From the IMG/VR virus record IMGVR_UViG_3300013426_000002, positions 36,818 to 100,817 of that record: a stretch of DNA of 64,000 bases; one strand, given 5' to 3'. A program made the translations under genes and the position numbers. Positions within the stretch are counted from its first letter, which is position 1. Each line of letters begins with the position of its first letter. The notes below the pieces were generated by a model. The model was not told the origin of the DNA. It saw only the letters and a program-made list of their open reading frames with translations, and ran no database searches. This DNA comes from a virus. This document shows positions 60,067-64,000 of the stretch, one piece after another.

Positions 60067-60819
60067 TTACTTAGATTCAATTTCTTGCATTATAGCCATC
60101 AGAATATCCTGGTTTGATTTCTCTTTCAAGAAACTGATTGCATCGTCCTGACTTCTACCAATGACATCTGTGCCATAATAATATACGTTTTTAGACTTAC
60201 GAATTACATTCTTACTGATAGCAGTTTCTAAAACGTATTGAGTGTCTTTATTTTTGTTATCAATCCACAGTAAGAAGAACTTACGAGGATCTTTTTCGAT
60301 CAGTTCAAATAGCTTGCTTTCTACTAATTCGTTACTAATGCTATCTGATTTATGACCGTAAATACGCAAACATTTACGCATCTCTTCAAGAGACATCTTG
60401 TTAAACTCTGCAAATGCTTCACGTTTAATTTTATTGAGTTTATTAGCAGCTTCTGCTTCAGCGTCTGTATTAACTAACACATAATCGTGTTGAGGTCTTA
60501 CATTACTTAAACCGGTTGCAACTCTTTTATGACTCTTTAAAAAGAGGTATGCTAATTCGTCTTCAGGTTTTTCAGTATGCAAGAAAACATCTTTAGCCCC
60601 TAATCTTACACTGTAAGTTTTCCAAAAAGAACTAGTGGGTGCTAAGTGACCTTCTTCATAACCCATGGCTTTTTCAAGTCTACGAGCATCTTCTTCACTC
60701 AAACCTGTATAAATATTACCAGCTCTTGTCCAATATGTACCAATATAATCGTAACAATTTTTATATTTAGCTATTCCAGCCCACGGATTTACTCGGGCGA
60801 ATTTTAATACTACTTCCAT
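60067..60819 (-). CDS. Hypothetical virion-module protein (250 aa)
   Basis: ORF. No motif recognised. Confidence 0.4.
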   Translation of the reverse strand: MEVVLKFARVNPWAGIAKYKNCYDYIGTYWTRAGNIYTGLSEEDARRLEKAMGYEEGHLAPTSSFWKTYSVRLGAKDVFLHTEKPEDELAYLFLKSHKRVATGLSNVRPQHDYVLVNTDAEAEAANKLNKIKREAFAEFNKMSLEEMRKCLRIYGHKSDSISNELVESKLFELIEKDPRKFFLLWIDNKNKDTQYVLETAISKNVIRKSKNVYYYGTDVIGRSQDDAISFLKEKSNQDILMAIMQEIESK

Positions 60820-60823
60820 AATC

Positions 60824-61702
60824 TTATTGTTTATATCTCCAGATATATTTAATTTTTTTAAGAAATTTTGGATCTTTTAATTTATCATCATTTTCGCCAT
60901 TACAATAAGTGGTAATGGTCTTTGCGCTAATACCTGTCTGTCTTACAGCTTCAGCAATACTATAATACTCTCCAAGAATATTATAATTTTTATCGTATTG
61001 AATTACTGCTTTTGGAGCACTTAACGATGTTCCATCAACAGTTTTAAGTTTTGCTTTTTCTTCAAAAAATTTTTCAGATACTGTTCTTACTCTAGGTTTT
61101 GGCTTCCAATCTGTCGGATCAATTTGTAAAGGAACGTCAGGATAATCTTTCTTATATACCCAAATATAAGGATTAGCTTTTGATTGCGTTTTTATTGCTT
61201 TCTTAAGACTTCTAATAATACTCGCTCTACATACTCCGGTTTTCTTTTCTGCAGAAGCCATACTTTCGTATTCACAGATGAATTTACCAGATAATGAGTA
61301 TTGAATCAAAGCAGAATAAAATTTAGACATATCCTTGCCTTTATGCGCAGCACTTATCTTTGCTTTTGTATTTTCGGTATGAAACATAATATCTCCACCG
61401 CAATCGCTGTTGTAACCATATTCAGAATTGTTTGAGTGATAATATTCAATCCATTTCTTTTCTAGCTGTTTTGCTTCTTCCAAATCTTCTGTAGAATCTA
61501 TGACTTCTACTGAAAATCCTTCCAAACCAAATTCAGCCAATGCTTTGTGAAAATTATATTGGGAACCACTCAAGGCTTTATATAAATGCTTTTTCATTCT
61601 AGCACCTACACCTTGAGTGGTCACACCTATATAATACTTGCCATTAAATTTATTAGTGGCTTTGTAAATGTCAAAATTCTTAATTTCGTTATCTGTACAC
61701 AT
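60824..61702 (-). CDS. GIY-YIG homing endonuclease (free-standing, Seg/I-TevI-like)
   Basis: The GIY-YIG core is IYKATNKFNGKYYIGVTTQGVGARMKKHLY. Two NUMOD1/IENR1-like HTH units follow (YESMASAEKKTGVCRASIIRSLKK and YYSIAEAVRQTGISAKTITTYCNG). Confidence 0.85.
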   Translation of the reverse strand: MCTDNEIKNFDIYKATNKFNGKYYIGVTTQGVGARMKKHLYKALSGSQYNFHKALAEFGLEGFSVEVIDSTEDLEEAKQLEKKWIEYYHSNNSEYGYNSDCGGDIMFHTENTKAKISAAHKGKDMSKFYSALIQYSLSGKFICEYESMASAEKKTGVCRASIIRSLKKAIKTQSKANPYIWVYKKDYPDVPLQIDPTDWKPKPRVRTVSEKFFEEKAKLKTVDGTSLSAPKAVIQYDKNYNILGEYYSIAEAVRQTGISAKTITTYCNGENDDKLKDPKFLKKIKYIWRYKQ

Positions 61703-61779
61703 AATTTTTATTATTAATTATATCTAGATAACGATAGGGATTAATTTTTGTTCCAATAACGTGTACAGAAAAATACAAA

Positions 61780-63267
61780 TTATGCTTCAACATCCATGAT
61801 GAGCTCACCACATGCACGGGGATCGAACAAGCAAATGCCCATCTCACCTAAGAAATGTACGCTATAGCCATCCTTTGCGTTACTTCTTACAGTACTTGCA
61901 TTCTTACCATAACCAGCACCAGGAGCAACAGAACCTGAAGTATTCCAGATTACCATTTCACGACCTTTTCTAACTACCTTAACGATGTTAGACTTGCCAT
62001 CTCTACGACCCAGATCCAAGAATGTCATTCTATAAGATTCCAGTGGCTTACCAGAAACCGGATGCAACAAACGATTGTAAGTTGTATCGTCATACAGCGG
62101 GAAATGTTTCAATGTCAATTCGATACCATTAGTCATTTTGTAAGTAACAAACTGACCACCTAATACCAAAGACTGACCTGAACCAGTTACAAACTTAGTA
62201 TCAATCAAGTTCATAGTTGCAGCTTTCTGTTTCAGAACTCTGTCGAATTCTCTCATACCCATTTCACCAGTCAGAGCAACAAACTTACGTTCGTTAGTAC
62301 CTAAAATATTATAAGACAGGTCAAACAAGAAGTCTTCCAACAGTTCTGTCGTCAATTCTGTGTAATAACGTCTGTTGGACGGAGCAATCTGCTGCAACAA
62401 ACCTGCAGGAATGTATACCGGACGACCATTTGTACCCAGCAATGAAGTAGAACCATCTTTGTTTACATTACTCTTAGAGTAAACCAACATACGTTCGCAT
62501 CTCTTAGACCATTCTCTCATGGCTTTCCATTCCTGATAGTCAGACCACAAGTAAGAAGTTTTACCTGTTTTAGGATCTTTCAAAGCGATCCACAATACTG
62601 TAGAATAAGCTGTACCTGTAATATCATAATCCAGACGAGTAGTAAACAAGAAGTTTCTCATCTTGAAATGAGTATTGTAATTCAGGATATCACCTTCTTC
62701 GCTGTATTCTTCGTAAGCAGAAGCCAGACGGGATACCTGATGACCAGATACTAAATATTCACCAGGAATATAAGAACTAGACTGTCCATCAGCAATGAAA
62801 CAAGTATAAACCCATTCATTACCATCTTGATATGGTGCACCAGATACACGTACCTGATAGTTTCTGTCATCGAATTCCAAAATAGCACCAGGACCAAACC
62901 ATTTATCTTCTAATGACAACATAATAGGTGTGTTACCCAAACCAGCCATAACTGTATCTGCATTAGCGGCAGTAATTTCTTGTCCATTCCACTTTGCAGA
63001 ACGAATAGTTACAGCTCTATCGGTATCGATCATTACATTCCATTCGTAATCTCTCTGATCAATTGTCATTACGTTACCAAGACCCCCAGTAATAGCATCC
63101 AAAGACGTGCTATAGCCATCATCTTTAGAACCAAATACATAAGAAATAACACGAGTTACTTCGTATGGTCTAGTTAACATTGCGTTTGAAATCATGTTTT
63201 CATCTACAAGATCTGAAAACCATTTACCTCTACCGATCTGTAAATTATTTAAAATTCCGTTATCCAT
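61780..63267 (-). CDS. Putative major capsid protein (495 aa)
   Basis: Follows a scaffold-like gene. Size and composition are compatible with the roughly 490-500-aa HK97-fold capsid proteins of crAss-like phages. No search was run. Confidence 0.5.
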   Translation of the reverse strand: MDNGILNNLQIGRGKWFSDLVDENMISNAMLTRPYEVTRVISYVFGSKDDGYSTSLDAITGGLGNVMTIDQRDYEWNVMIDTDRAVTIRSAKWNGQEITAANADTVMAGLGNTPIMLSLEDKWFGPGAILEFDDRNYQVRVSGAPYQDGNEWVYTCFIADGQSSSYIPGEYLVSGHQVSRLASAYEEYSEEGDILNYNTHFKMRNFLFTTRLDYDITGTAYSTVLWIALKDPKTGKTSYLWSDYQEWKAMREWSKRCERMLVYSKSNVNKDGSTSLLGTNGRPVYIPAGLLQQIAPSNRRYYTELTTELLEDFLFDLSYNILGTNERKFVALTGEMGMREFDRVLKQKAATMNLIDTKFVTGSGQSLVLGGQFVTYKMTNGIELTLKHFPLYDDTTYNRLLHPVSGKPLESYRMTFLDLGRRDGKSNIVKVVRKGREMVIWNTSGSVAPGAGYGKNASTVRSNAKDGYSVHFLGEMGICLFDPRACGELIMDVEA

Positions 63268-63291
63268 AAATATTAGTAAAAATTTATTTAA

Positions 63292-64000
63292 TTAAAGTAG
63301 TTGTACTGCGCGACTAAATATAGAGTTAGAGGAGTTGGTATTGATTCTTCTTGTACCTTTACTAACACCTGTAGATCTGAGACTTTGTTTCAGATTTTTA
63401 ATAGCTGAGCTAGTACCCATTTTCTTAGCAGTATCAAGTAAAGTATCGCCTTTCATTGTAAAATAGGCGGACTCTATTAAATTCTTAACGCTTTTTGAAT
63501 AGTCCTTTTGATATTGAGTTTTACCATTAGCATCTGCTTTGAATATGTACGCAAGCAAAGCTTTTTTATCTTTTTCAGGAACTTTAATTCCACGAACATC
63601 CTTCATAGCGTTTATTTCACCGACAACGTCATCAACAAATTTTTGTTGACGAGCTACCATTTGCTCATGCTGCTTTCTCTGATCTTCTAATAGCTGTTCC
63701 TTTTTAGTCTCTTCTATCTCCTTCATTGCCTCTAAAGCATCCTCGGCTTCGTCTTCTAAGATACCAGCATCTTCATATTTTTCGATTTTACGAGCAATTT
63801 GTTTTTCATTATAACCTTTTTCAGTTAACAACATTTTAACAATTTGCTTTTGATTACTTTCAACTGTAGTGTCGAAATTTTCATAATCAATTTCCGGAGT
63901 AAGAGTAAAATAGTCATTTAAATCCCCGCCATTACGTACAAATTCATCTAACTTAGCCACATCTTCGTTAGCATACTGAGGAACTGATTGTTCTTTAATA
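63292..64000 (-). CDS. Scaffold-like coiled-coil protein, C-terminal part (ORF open to right window edge)
   Basis: The frame is open upstream of the GTG used by the ORF track (...IKEQSVPQYANEDVAKLDEF...). It has an E/K/Q-rich helical segment (EAEDALEAMKEIEETKKEQLLEDQRKQHEQMVARQQK) and lies immediately 5' of the capsid candidate. Confidence 0.4.
   Translation of the reverse strand, partial: IKEQSVPQYANEDVAKLDEFVRNGGDLNDYFTLTPEIDYENFDTTVESNQKQIVKMLLTEKGYNEKQIARKIEKYEDAGILEDEAEDALEAMKEIEETKKEQLLEDQRKQHEQMVARQQKFVDDVVGEINAMKDVRGIKVPEKDKKALLAYIFKADANGKTQYQKDYSKSVKNLIESAYFTMKGDTLLDTAKKMGTSSAIKNLKQSLRSTGVSKGTRRINTNSSNSIFSRAVQLL

Noticed and set aside
1-64000. CRISPR arrays, rRNA genes, integrase or attachment sites, transposases, and recoded stop codons.
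   Set aside because: No spaced direct-repeat arrays were seen, and no recombinase-like ORFs. All large ORFs read through with the standard code, so there is no evidence of TAG or TGA reassignment in this window.

Overview
The window looks like a contiguous piece of a large, AT-rich, tailed dsDNA phage genome. The gene content resembles crAss-like (Crassvirales-type) phages of Bacteroidota, but that assignment rests on motif recognition only; no homology search was run.

**Organisation**
- **1-7658, + strand:** a tightly packed replication and nucleotide-metabolism module. It holds a DnaB-family helicase C-terminus, an AAA_24/Sak4-like ATPase, an SSB-like protein, a tRNA-like ncRNA, a DnaG/toprim primase, an HNH homing endonuclease, two metallophosphoesterases and two PD-(D/E)XK nucleases.
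- **7646-7678:** a bidirectional hairpin terminator where the + module meets the convergent minus-strand module.
- **7711-64000, - strand:** about 56 kb of virion genes. In transcription order these are a scaffold-like protein, a putative major capsid protein, a GIY-YIG endonuclease, three tandem paralogs, an abundant 330-aa structural protein, collagen-like fibres, a holin-containing unit, more fibre and baseplate-like proteins, Gly-rich ejection-type proteins, and giant proteins of 3137, 1398 and 1944 aa.

**Main findings**
1. A 69-nt non-coding copy of the 3' end of the 496-aa fibre gene sits just after its stop codon. 19 of the 20 mismatches fall on adenines of the non-coding copy. This is the TR/VR signature of a diversity-generating retroelement (DGR), yet no reverse transcriptase is present in the window.
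2. The 3137-aa and 1398-aa ORFs appear to be one gene of about 4599 codons, interrupted by an approximately 905-nt group I intron. The intron shows recognisable P/Q/R/S elements, a P1 helix with a U.G pair at the splice site, and a LAGLIDADG endonuclease ORF in the P8 loop.
3. The predicted splice junction recreates the sequence DFD|ID. This is a DxDxD motif of the kind used by two-barrel RNA polymerases.
4. The HNH endonuclease gene carries its own recoded copy of the primase 3' end. The original primase terminus is left downstream as a remnant.
5. A 95-nt element has a perfect tRNA acceptor helix and T-arm, but I could not fold a canonical anticodon arm.

No CRISPR array, rRNA, integrase or transposase was seen. 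All functional calls come from motifs read in the translations.
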